From NCBI GenBank assembly GCA_051004875.1, contig JBPCJX010000098.1, positions 3,048 to 67,047 of the forward strand: DNA of 64,000 bases. The letters run 5' to 3'. Under the pieces are notes generated by a model that made no database searches, was not told the DNA's origin, and saw only the letters and a program-made list of their open reading frames with translations. Source of the DNA: Bryobacteraceae bacterium (GTDB lineage Bacteria; Acidobacteriota; Terriglobia; Bryobacterales; Bryobacteraceae). Both the position numbers and the translations under genes were made by a program. Below are positions 28,668 through 36,118 of the stretch, in pieces. The stretch's first letter is position 1, and each line of letters starts with the position of its first letter.

Positions 28668-30011
28668 ATGAATCGACGGACATTCCTACAATCAACCGGA
28701 GCAGGGATCGCGCTCGGTGCAGCGGGCAGCCAAGCGTTTGCAGATGACAACCCGCGAAGAGTCGGCCTTATCGGCTGCGGATGGTACGGAAAGATCGATC
28801 TCTTCCGATTGATTCAGATCGCGCCTGTTGAAGTAATCTCCCTTTGCGACGTCGACACGCAAATGCTCGCGGAAGCTGCGAACATGGTCGCGTCCCGGCA
28901 GGCATCGAGAAAGACTCCACGTACCTACAGTGACTATCGCCAGATGCTCGCTGCGAAAGATCTCGATATCGTCCTGATTGCGCCTCCAGATCACTGGCAC
29001 GCCTTGATCATGATCGAGGCGGTGAAATCCGGCGTAGACGTCTGGGTGCAGAAACCGATCAGCGCGGATGTAACCGAGGGCATGGCAATGGTCGCAGCAG
29101 CCCATAAATATGGTCGCGTGGTGCAGGTGGGCTTGCAGCGGCGTAGTACGCCACACATCGTCGAGGCCAAAGAACGCTTCGTCAAAACAGGAATGCTGGG
29201 TAAGATTGCGCTGGTTGAAATTTATTGCTACTACCACATGCGAGCCACTGAAAATCCGCCAGACACCAAGCCACCTGACAATCTGGACTACGAGATGTGG
29301 ACGGGGCCCGCTCCAATGCGGCCGTATAACTCCCTGGTCCATCCCCGCCGCTGGCGCGCGTTCATGGAATACGGCAACGGAATCGTGGGCGACATGTGCG
29401 TCCACATGCTCGACATGACGCGCTGGATGCTGGAGCTCGGCTGGCCAACGCGAATCGCGTCCACTGGAGGAATCTTCGTAGACAAGAACAGCAAGGCAAA
29501 CATCTCCGACACACAAACAGCGACTTTCGACTTCAAAGATCTGCGAGTGGTGTGGCAGCACCGCAGTTGGGGAGAAGCGGTGGATTCGAAATATCCATGG
29601 GGTGCGACCTTTTACGGGGAAAAGGGAACCCTGAAAGTCAGCGTTTATAGTTACGATTTCACTCCGCTGGGCAGTAACCAACCCGTTCACCGCGATGTCA
29701 CGTACGAGCTGGAGCAATATCCAGAAGACAAGACAGAGAAGGACCTTGAAAAGCATGTCGCACCGGCAATTAGGTATCACATGAAGAATTTTCTGCATGC
29801 CATCGATACCCGTTCCAAGCCGGTGTCAAACATCGAAGAGGGCTACATTTCGACGGCTTCGTGCATCCTGGCGAATACTGCCATGAAACTTGGACGCACC
29901 CTCACATGGGACAGTGAACGCCAGCAGATCGTTAACGATGTTGAAGCCAGTCGATTGCTCGCCCGATCGTACCGTCAACCTTGGCGCCATCCTAATCCTC
30001 TAAACGGGTAA
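28668..30011 (+). CDS. Gfo/Idh/MocA family oxidoreductase, Tat-exported
   Basis: Tat motif NRRTFLQSTGAG. Motifs VGLIGCGWYG and VWVQKP. Confidence 0.8.
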   Translation: MNRRTFLQSTGAGIALGAAGSQAFADDNPRRVGLIGCGWYGKIDLFRLIQIAPVEVISLCDVDTQMLAEAANMVASRQASRKTPRTYSDYRQMLAAKDLDIVLIAPPDHWHALIMIEAVKSGVDVWVQKPISADVTEGMAMVAAAHKYGRVVQVGLQRRSTPHIVEAKERFVKTGMLGKIALVEIYCYYHMRATENPPDTKPPDNLDYEMWTGPAPMRPYNSLVHPRRWRAFMEYGNGIVGDMCVHMLDMTRWMLELGWPTRIASTGGIFVDKNSKANISDTQTATFDFKDLRVVWQHRSWGEAVDSKYPWGATFYGEKGTLKVSVYSYDFTPLGSNQPVHRDVTYELEQYPEDKTEKDLEKHVAPAIRYHMKNFLHAIDTRSKPVSNIEEGYISTASCILANTAMKLGRTLTWDSERQQIVNDVEASRLLARSYRQPWRHPNPLNG

Positions 30012-30033
30012 TGCATCCAACGGTCGCGCGAAC

Positions 30034-30753
30034 TTAGGCAGCTTCTTCGGCTGTGATGGGCGTGTTTTCGTCCTCTTCCTGGTCCTCTTTTTCGCAGGCT
30101 GCGGCCGCTTGATCGACGCGAAGCATGATAGTTTGCATTAATTGGTGGTCATATTTGGCTTCGCCCAGCAACACGTTGAAGCGATGCAGCTCTTGTTTGC
30201 GATTTTCGGCGGCTTCGCGGCGAGTTTGGTCAGCTTGTTTACGGAGTTCATCGTTTTGCCGGCGCTCTTCCCGGTTGCGCCGACTGATTTCTTCCGCTTG
30301 TTTACGCTCTTGCGATTCGAACCCAATTTCCTGTTTGCGCTTTTCGGCTCTGAGCTTTAGCAGCTTGTCCAGGCTCTTGTGGAAGGCCCGGTCGTGCGTG
30401 GTCTGGTAGCGCAAGTAGAGAGCAAGCTGATTTTCCGGATTGTCAGACGCGATCTCGGAGTTGAAACAGGTTCCTTGGAGCGTGATGGCACGCTGGGTCA
30501 ACCAATAATGCTGCGCCATTTTCTCGACTAAGATCTCTTCGGTGACAGTCGAGGGCTGGTGTTCTGAGTGCAATCTGCTGAACAGCGTATGGAATGCGTT
30601 CGGATCTTCCCAGTCGAGAACGGTGAAAGCAGTGCCGGTGAGGCCGTGCGAAAGATGGTTGAGAGAAGATGCGGCTTTACCGGCTTCGGTTTTGGGGCCG
30701 GTGGAATGTTGTGCGTTGGCGGTATTGGCCGCGGTCTGCGCTTTCGTTGGCAT
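30034..30753 (-). CDS. hypothetical protein with a charged coiled-coil C-terminal half
   Basis: GGAGGA lies 10 nt before the ATG. The N-terminus is MPTKAQTAANTANAQHSTGPKTEAGKAASSLNHLSHGLTG. The C-terminal R/K/E/Q-rich helix is 60-70 aa long. I believe similar proteins recur in Acidobacteriota and Planctomycetota, but I cannot name a family. Confidence 0.55.
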   Translation of the reverse strand: MPTKAQTAANTANAQHSTGPKTEAGKAASSLNHLSHGLTGTAFTVLDWEDPNAFHTLFSRLHSEHQPSTVTEEILVEKMAQHYWLTQRAITLQGTCFNSEIASDNPENQLALYLRYQTTHDRAFHKSLDKLLKLRAEKRKQEIGFESQERKQAEEISRRNREERRQNDELRKQADQTRREAAENRKQELHRFNVLLGEAKYDHQLMQTIMLRVDQAAAACEKEDQEEDENTPITAEEAA

Positions 30754-30776
30754 GATGGAGAAGTCCTCCGAAAATG

Positions 30777-30825
30777 AAAAACGCCGGAGAGGCGCTTGGC
30801 CCTCATCCGGCGTTCTTCGAAGAGA
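30777..30825 (-). terminator. strong hairpin plus T-tract (intrinsic-terminator-like) on the minus strand, just upstream of the RBS of the 30034-30753 gene
   Basis: On the minus strand the sequence reads GAAGAACGCCGGA-(17 nt)-TCCGGCGTTTTTC ATTTTC. The stem is 9 perfect bp (30780-30788 with 30806-30814), extendable to 13 bp with one mismatch, and is followed by TTTTTCATTTTC. Confidence 0.35.
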
Positions 30826-31047
30826 TTAGAAGCCCAGCGGCTTCCGAGAAATCAGTATACAGCATGCTTCCAAGCGATTCCGGGTAAGTGGCCGAAACCA
30901 AAGGCGAAACTGGTTGTGACCGGCTTATGGCCGACGGACAGCGGGAAACGAATCAGGGCAATTCTGTGCGATGTTTAGGCCCTAAGCTATTGATTCGGCG
31001 GTAAAGTTTCCCGATGATTGGGGTGGCAGAAAGTGGTTGTGCCGCGC

Positions 31048-31061
31048 TGTACCGCGGTACA
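31048..31061. promoter_or_regulatory. 14-bp perfect palindrome TGTACCGCGGTACA, 46 nt upstream of the vsr ATG (possible operator)
   Basis: Read directly from the sequence. It is the only perfect palindrome of this length that I noticed in the gap between the island genes. Confidence 0.25.
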
Positions 31062-31106
31062 CGCAGACTGAGGTATACCAAAAGTTAACAGGACGAATCA
31101 ACAACG

Positions 31107-31471
31107 ATGGATGTCTTCTCTTCAGCCCAGCGCAGCGAGATCATGAGGCGGGTGCACTCAAAGGACACTCGGCCTGAAATCGCTGTTCGCAGACTCGTCT
31201 ATAGGATGGATTTCCGATATCGAGTCCACTCCAAAGCTGTGCCGCGGGGCGACCGGATCTCGTGATAGCGACACGTAAGCGGGCAGTTTTCGTGCATGGG
31301 TGCTTTTGGCATCGCAACGCCTGCCACTCTGCGACCCTACCGAAATCGAATCGCGACTACTGGCAAAATAAACAAAATCGCAATGCGGCCAGGGACAAAC
31401 GAAACGTGCGGACCTTGCGAGAGTCGGGATGGAAAGTGCTTACAGTCTGGGAGTGTGAGATCAAGGCCTAA
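31107..31471 (+). pseudogene. vsr: very-short-patch-repair endonuclease (Vsr), disrupted by a frameshift
   Basis: Frame A (31107-31265) reads MDVFSSAQRSEIMRRVHSKDTRPEIAVRRLVYRMDFRYRVHSKAVPRGDRIS*. Frame B continues GRPDLVIATRKRAVFVHGCFWHRNACH...NRDYWQNKQNRNAARD...GWKVLTVWECEI. Together they form a complete Vsr, with the junction in CCGCGGGG at 31242-31249. Confidence 0.7.
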
Positions 31472-31473
31472 AG

Positions 31474-32238
31474 ATGGTCCTGAACTCGCAACGAATCGCG
31501 ATGAGAGAGAAACTCATTTTGATTGGGTTGTATCTTTCGAAATACGATTTGCTTGGCTTAAGAAGGCTCGGCTTTGAAAGCTTCATCGAGGCGTTCAATG
31601 TCATTGGATATGCTATGGGGTCAAAGCCTGCATCCATAAAGAACTACCGCGATGAGTTCGACCCTTTGTTTCCGAATCCGCGCAAGGGCTGGCATAAGCG
31701 TCAGATCCGCGGCTACTGCCTCAAGGTGTTTGAGGAATATAAGAGCCTAGACCTTGATTCCTTCACTGGTTTGGTCAAATCCTTTTTCGGATATGACGAA
31801 AATGTTTGGAGTGAAGTTCAAGTGCAAGAAGGATGCCACGAGGGGGAATCTTACTTCGCCAAGAGGCTGATTACCGGTCAGGCGGCAGAGCGATATTTTG
31901 AGTCAATTCAGCCCAGTCTTCCCGAATTCAAATTTTATACTATGGAGAACACAACGCGTCTCGGGTGCGGGTATGACTTCCGGCTACGGACCGAGACGTG
32001 TGAGGATTTTATCGCTGTTGAGGTCAAAGGTCTGAAAGAGCGAATGGGAAACTTGTCGCTTACTCCCAAGGAGCACGAGCTTGCCATAGCTTTGAAAGAC
32101 CGCTTTTTTCTTTTCGTCGTAAAGAATTTCCAGGAATCACCATTTCATGAAATCTTCCAGAATCCATTATCCGGCAGACTCCGGTTCAGGAAGACTGAGA
32201 GAGTAATGGTTCACGTTTCATGGCTAGCTAATGTCTAG
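31474..32238 (+). CDS. PD-(D/E)xK nuclease with a DUF3883-like C-terminal domain (restriction-endonuclease-like)
   Basis: Starts 2 nt after the vsr stop. The C-terminal region GQAAERYFE...GCGYDFRL...EDFIAVEVKG...LSLTPKEHELA...FFLFVVKN matches the DUF3883 pattern (GYD, E-V-K, then a short helix and hydrophobic strand). The N-terminal ~130 aa are unassigned. Confidence 0.6.
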   Translation: MVLNSQRIAMREKLILIGLYLSKYDLLGLRRLGFESFIEAFNVIGYAMGSKPASIKNYRDEFDPLFPNPRKGWHKRQIRGYCLKVFEEYKSLDLDSFTGLVKSFFGYDENVWSEVQVQEGCHEGESYFAKRLITGQAAERYFESIQPSLPEFKFYTMENTTRLGCGYDFRLRTETCEDFIAVEVKGLKERMGNLSLTPKEHELAIALKDRFFLFVVKNFQESPFHEIFQNPLSGRLRFRKTERVMVHVSWLANV

Positions 32239-32283
32239 GTCCCGGAATATGTTGTTATCGACAACTGCTAGGATCGCAAGGCA

Positions 32284-32604
32284 ATGCCTGAGAACAAGCA
32301 ACTGAGAAACGCACGTAGCGCCGCCCTCGTCATCGAAGCTCGCGCTGGATTGATCCCCGCGTCAGACCACATCGCGGATGAAATTCATGCGCGCAAGGAT
32401 CGCACCGCGCGGATTGATCGCACGGTAAAGGCCTACGCAAAGCTGCCGGCGTGCGGATCGGATTATCGAGCAATCACGGATATCCTCGCTGACTTACGGC
32501 ACTACTGCGATACCGTGGGCCTCAATTTTCGCGAACTCGACGCGGCTGCATACCAGCAATACGAAGACGAAGCAGCTGATACCAGCATGAGCAACCACGC
32601 TTAA
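32284..32604 (+). CDS. hypothetical protein (106 aa)
   Basis: ORF only, with no recognisable motif. It lies inside the AT-richer island. Confidence 0.35.
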   Translation: MPENKQLRNARSAALVIEARAGLIPASDHIADEIHARKDRTARIDRTVKAYAKLPACGSDYRAITDILADLRHYCDTVGLNFRELDAAAYQQYEDEAADTSMSNHA

Positions 32605-32606
32605 CT

Positions 32607-32744
32607 ATCTACAACTCCCTGCGTCTACCCGTATCCATGATCGAGGATTTGAAAGTGCTTGCCAACAAACGGGACGTTCCCTATCAATCGCTACTGAAGG
32701 TTTTCCTCGCTGAGCGCCTGGAAAGGGAACGTCGGCGTCCGTAG
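32607..32744 (+). pseudogene. C-terminal remnant of a BrnA / CopG-type antitoxin
   Basis: The frame reads ...IYNSLRLPVSMIEDLKVLANKRDVPYQSLLKVFLAERLERERRRP*. This matches the conserved tail (SLRLP...LK.LA...DVPYQSLIK..L.ERL) of BrnA-like antitoxins. The usual ~50 N-terminal residues and a partner toxin gene are missing. Confidence 0.4.
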
Positions 32745-32840
32745 CCGCAGAGCTCTATCGGCGTGGACCGTCCTCCCCTCGCTGACGCTCGGGGTTCTGT
32801 CGCGCTGACTAAGCGAGGGCCCTTTCGTGATATCCCTGGT

Positions 32841-33941
32841 ATGCGAAGTCTTTCGATGAACATGAGACATCTAACCCTAGCGTTTATGTTCGGTGTGCTT
32901 TTCTCCTCTGTGGTTTATGCGCAAGGTGCCAATCGCGCCGCGCAGCTGCCGGATGCACCGGGCCGGGAAACTGTGAAAAAGATTTGTGCCGCGTGTCATC
33001 CGGCGGAACTCGTGCTGGGAAAAGGGATGTCTCGAGAGCAATGGGGCGGAATCGTTTCCAATATGATCAGTCGCGGAGCGAAGGGAACGGAAGCTGAATT
33101 CGCGGAGGTGGTCGATTATCTGGCGAAGAACCTTCCACCACACACGGATGCACAGGCCACCGCGCGAAAGCGGGGCGGTGAAGGCGGGGGATTGCTGGCT
33201 CAGGCAGGCCCGAGCGATAAGCACATTGTGGATGACCAAGCGGCCGAGCGCGGCAAGACGACATATACCGCGGAATGCATCAGCTGCCACGGTCCGAAAG
33301 CCAGGGGAACGGAAAAGGGGCCAGACCTTGTCCGATCGCTGGTTGTCCTGAAGGACCGTTACGGCGATACGATCGGTCCGTTTCTGCGAAAGGGCCATCC
33401 CACCCAAAGTTCGAGCGCCAATTTAAAGCAGACGGACATCGTGGACCTGTCGCACTTCCTGCACCAGAAAGTCGGCGACACGCTGCGGACCGGGCCCTAC
33501 AACAAGGTGCTGAACGTTTTGACGGGAGATCCAAAAGCAGGAGAGACGTATTTCAACGGGAGCGGTAAATGCAATACCTGTCATTCACCTACCGGCGATC
33601 TTGCCGGGATCGGGAAAAAATATGATCCGCCGGTCCTGCAGCTAAAGTTTGTTTTTCCCCAGACAGTCGCTTTCGGCCGCGGTATTACGAGTGGAGCGAG
33701 AAAACCGGTTATGGTCACTGTGACGTCCCCGTCGGGCGAGCGCGTTACCGGCGTCCTCGATCAGATGGATGACTTCAGTGTATCTTTGCGCGACGCCTCC
33801 AGCCAATACCGATCATTCACGCGCGGGGCGGACGTCAGAGTGGAAAAGAATGATCCGTACGCGGCGCATGTCGCGCTTTTAGATAAGTACACCGATAAGG
33901 ATATTCACGATGTCGTAGCTTATTTGGAGACCTTGAAATGA
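32841..33941 (+). CDS. secreted trihaem c-type cytochrome
   Basis: Three CxxCH motifs (CAACH, CISCH, CNTCH). The signal peptide follows M at 32841 (or 32859/32865). ATGA overlap with the following dehydrogenase gene. Confidence 0.7.
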   Translation: MRSLSMNMRHLTLAFMFGVLFSSVVYAQGANRAAQLPDAPGRETVKKICAACHPAELVLGKGMSREQWGGIVSNMISRGAKGTEAEFAEVVDYLAKNLPPHTDAQATARKRGGEGGGLLAQAGPSDKHIVDDQAAERGKTTYTAECISCHGPKARGTEKGPDLVRSLVVLKDRYGDTIGPFLRKGHPTQSSSANLKQTDIVDLSHFLHQKVGDTLRTGPYNKVLNVLTGDPKAGETYFNGSGKCNTCHSPTGDLAGIGKKYDPPVLQLKFVFPQTVAFGRGITSGARKPVMVTVTSPSGERVTGVLDQMDDFSVSLRDASSQYRSFTRGADVRVEKNDPYAAHVALLDKYTDKDIHDVVAYLETLK

Positions 33942-35530
33942 AACGCATTGCGCTCTGGTTCGAATGCGCGCTCATACTCGGGAGTGCATTCCAGGTGGTC
34001 GCGGCCGACGGACTCAATCCGGCTAAACTGCTCCAGCCGCCCGTTGATTCCTGGCCTACTTACAACGGCGATTACTCAGGTCGTCGCTTCAGCACGCTTT
34101 CAAAGATCAACGACTCAAATGTGAGATCACTAAGTCTCGGCTGGCTTTACCGCATCAACGGTGCAGAGGATCCGTTTGCCGGCGTGATCAAGGCGACTCC
34201 GCTTGTGGTCAACGGGATCATGTACTTCACCGTTCCCGATAGAGTCTGGGCTATTGACGCGCGGACCGGACGGGAGATCTGGACTTACACTTGGCAATCA
34301 AAGGGTGGCATCCATCTTGGCAATCGTGGCGTAGGCATCTATGGCAACTGGCTGTATTTCGAGACGCCAGACTGCAATCTCGTTTCGCTGAATGTAGCAG
34401 ACGGCAAACTGCGCTGGAGCAAGTCCATTTGTGACCTCGACCAGATGTACTACGCATCCGTGGCTCCGATTGTCATAAAGAACCACGTGATTACGGGCGT
34501 CAGCGGCGACGATCTCGATATACCTGGCTATCTGGAATCCCGCGATCCGGAAACCGGCGACCTGCAGTGGCGCTGGTACAGCGTTCCTAAGCCCGGAGAG
34601 CCCGGCTCGGAGACATGGCCCAACGCCGATGCAATGGGACACGGAGGCGGCATGACCTGGGTTCCATGCACGTATGACCCGGAACTGAACATGATCTTCG
34701 TGGGAACCGGGAACCCTCAGCCGGTAATCGCCGGAAAGGGTCGCAAAGGGAACAACCTTTTTACTGAATCAATTGTCGCGCTGAAGCTCGATACAGGAAA
34801 ATTGGTGTGGCACTTCCAACCATCACCTCACGACACCCATGACTGGGATGCCGTCCAGACGCCGGTTTTGATCGATGGGGAGATCGATGGGCAGCCCCGG
34901 AAGCTGGTTGCTCAGGCAAGCCGCAATGGCTGGTTCTTCGTTCTAGACCGGAAGACCGGTAAGAACTACAGGAGTTCGGAATTCGTGAAAACGAATTGGG
35001 CCAAAGGCGTGGACTCCAAGGGGCAGCCAATTCCGAACCCTGCGAAGGAGCCACAAATCGATGGTGCGCTGGTTTCTCCTCATTCGAGCGGTGCTGTGAA
35101 CTGGCCACCTCCCAGCTTCAGTCCCCAGACCGGCCTTTTTTACGTCAATGCAACACGAACTTTCAGCCTGTTTTACATCTTCGATGAAGACGAAAAGCCC
35201 GAGGGGTGGGGTGGAAACGATCAAGGCGGGTGGAGTGAAGCGATGCTGCAGGCCGTAGATTATAAGACCGGGAAGATCAGGTGGAGTCACAAATGGGAAG
35301 GATCTACCGTCGGCTCCGGAGTCCTGAGCACTGCGGGTAACCTGGTTTTCACGGGCGACCCAGCGAATAATCTAGTCGCCCTAAATGCCACAACTGGACA
35401 ACCTCTCTGGCATGCCAACCTAGGGAATGAAGTGTCGAACGGCCCTATGACGTATGAACTCGATGGGACGCAATACTTAGTAGTCGCGGCACGAGACAGC
35501 CTATTCGCGTTTGTGATTCATAGCTATTAA
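33938..35530 (+). CDS. PQQ-dependent dehydrogenase-like beta-propeller (methanol/ethanol family type), secreted
   Basis: Motifs WPTYNGDYSGRRFSTLSKIN..NV..L and repeated W-motif blades, plus HDTHDWD. There is no vicinal Cys-Cys pair; the equivalent region reads GGIHLGNRGVG. Confidence 0.75.
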   Translation: MKRIALWFECALILGSAFQVVAADGLNPAKLLQPPVDSWPTYNGDYSGRRFSTLSKINDSNVRSLSLGWLYRINGAEDPFAGVIKATPLVVNGIMYFTVPDRVWAIDARTGREIWTYTWQSKGGIHLGNRGVGIYGNWLYFETPDCNLVSLNVADGKLRWSKSICDLDQMYYASVAPIVIKNHVITGVSGDDLDIPGYLESRDPETGDLQWRWYSVPKPGEPGSETWPNADAMGHGGGMTWVPCTYDPELNMIFVGTGNPQPVIAGKGRKGNNLFTESIVALKLDTGKLVWHFQPSPHDTHDWDAVQTPVLIDGEIDGQPRKLVAQASRNGWFFVLDRKTGKNYRSSEFVKTNWAKGVDSKGQPIPNPAKEPQIDGALVSPHSSGAVNWPPPSFSPQTGLFYVNATRTFSLFYIFDEDEKPEGWGGNDQGGWSEAMLQAVDYKTGKIRWSHKWEGSTVGSGVLSTAGNLVFTGDPANNLVALNATTGQPLWHANLGNEVSNGPMTYELDGTQYLVVAARDSLFAFVIHSY

Positions 35531-35644
35531 CCAAGCGCATTTCTGTTGATGAACTGTCGACTCATTGCAGTGACGCGGGCCAGAATAGTTTTCGAATGGC
35601 TAACGACGATTCGCTCAGGATGCTCATTCCTTCACAGAATTTTT

Positions 35645-36118
35645 TCAGAATTGTGGGGCGCCAGCCCACATCCCATCCTCAGGGAAGCGGATCCAAAACC
35701 TGGCCCCTGCTTCGGATAAACTCTGGCGCGCTTGCCGCACCCTCTCAGCCACAAATCGCTTAGCCTCATGCAGGACTTTCCTTCCAGCTTCCTCCATTGC
35801 CATGTCGCTGGAATCCGCGAGGCCTTCTGGCTGTGTGAGGACATGCACGTGGGCAACCGCATACTGGCTGCATGCGAGGGTGGTCATCGTAAAAAGATCA
35901 AATTCCAAGAGCACTTGTCCCGCTGTAGTCTGATCGACATTTAGAAGACCTGAAAGGTGCTTTGATTCTTGTAATGCATCGGCTATTTCAAACAGTGTTT
36001 TTGCAGCTTCGAAACCCGCGAGACTTGCTATCTTTTGTGCAATCACATATCCCAGTTCGATTATCTGCTTGCTCCGATCAACCTCTATGAGACTCACACA
36101 TTTCTCTAGTGCTTCCAA
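35645..36118 (-). CDS. hypothetical protein (TTG start; possibly the 3' part of a frameshifted gene)
   Basis: ORF only. It overlaps the upstream ORF by 41 nt in another frame, and the region looks AT-richer. Confidence 0.3.
   Translation of the reverse strand: MEALEKCVSLIEVDRSKQIIELGYVIAQKIASLAGFEAAKTLFEIADALQESKHLSGLLNVDQTTAGQVLLEFDLFTMTTLACSQYAVAHVHVLTQPEGLADSSDMAMEEAGRKVLHEAKRFVAERVRQARQSLSEAGARFWIRFPEDGMWAGAPQF

Noticed and set aside
28692-29798. 368-aa minus-strand ORF
   Set aside because: It lies entirely antisense to the Gfo/Idh/MocA gene at 28668-30011, which has clear Tat, Rossmann and family motifs. The antisense translation is R/H/W/C-rich and has no motif. It is a typical shadow ORF of GC-rich DNA.
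30125-30409. Plus-strand ORFs (94, 72 and 62 aa) inside the coiled-coil gene
   Set aside because: They are an artefact of the repetitive R/K/E/Q-coding region of the minus-strand gene. Their translations are Ser/Leu/Cys/Arg low-complexity.
30796-30978. 60-aa plus-strand ORF upstream of vsr, examined as a possible remnant of a C5-methyltransferase
   Set aside because: The translation shows no methyltransferase motifs (no FxGxG, PC, ENV, QRR or GNAVP-like segments). It is probably non-coding.
32776-32819. Inverted repeat CCCTCGCT...AGCGAGGG around GACGCTCGGGGTTCTGTCGCGCTGAC, reminiscent of intergenic repeat elements seen in Acidobacteriota
   Set aside because: The stem is only 8 bp with a 28-nt loop, and there is a single copy in the window. 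I cannot establish that it is a repeat family without genome-wide counts. It may simply be leader sequence of the cytochrome c gene.
35625-35650. CAGAATT direct repeat around a T-tract (CACAGAATTTTTTCAGAATTGTG), considered as a bidirectional terminator
   Set aside because: It is not a true inverted repeat and no stable stem can be drawn.
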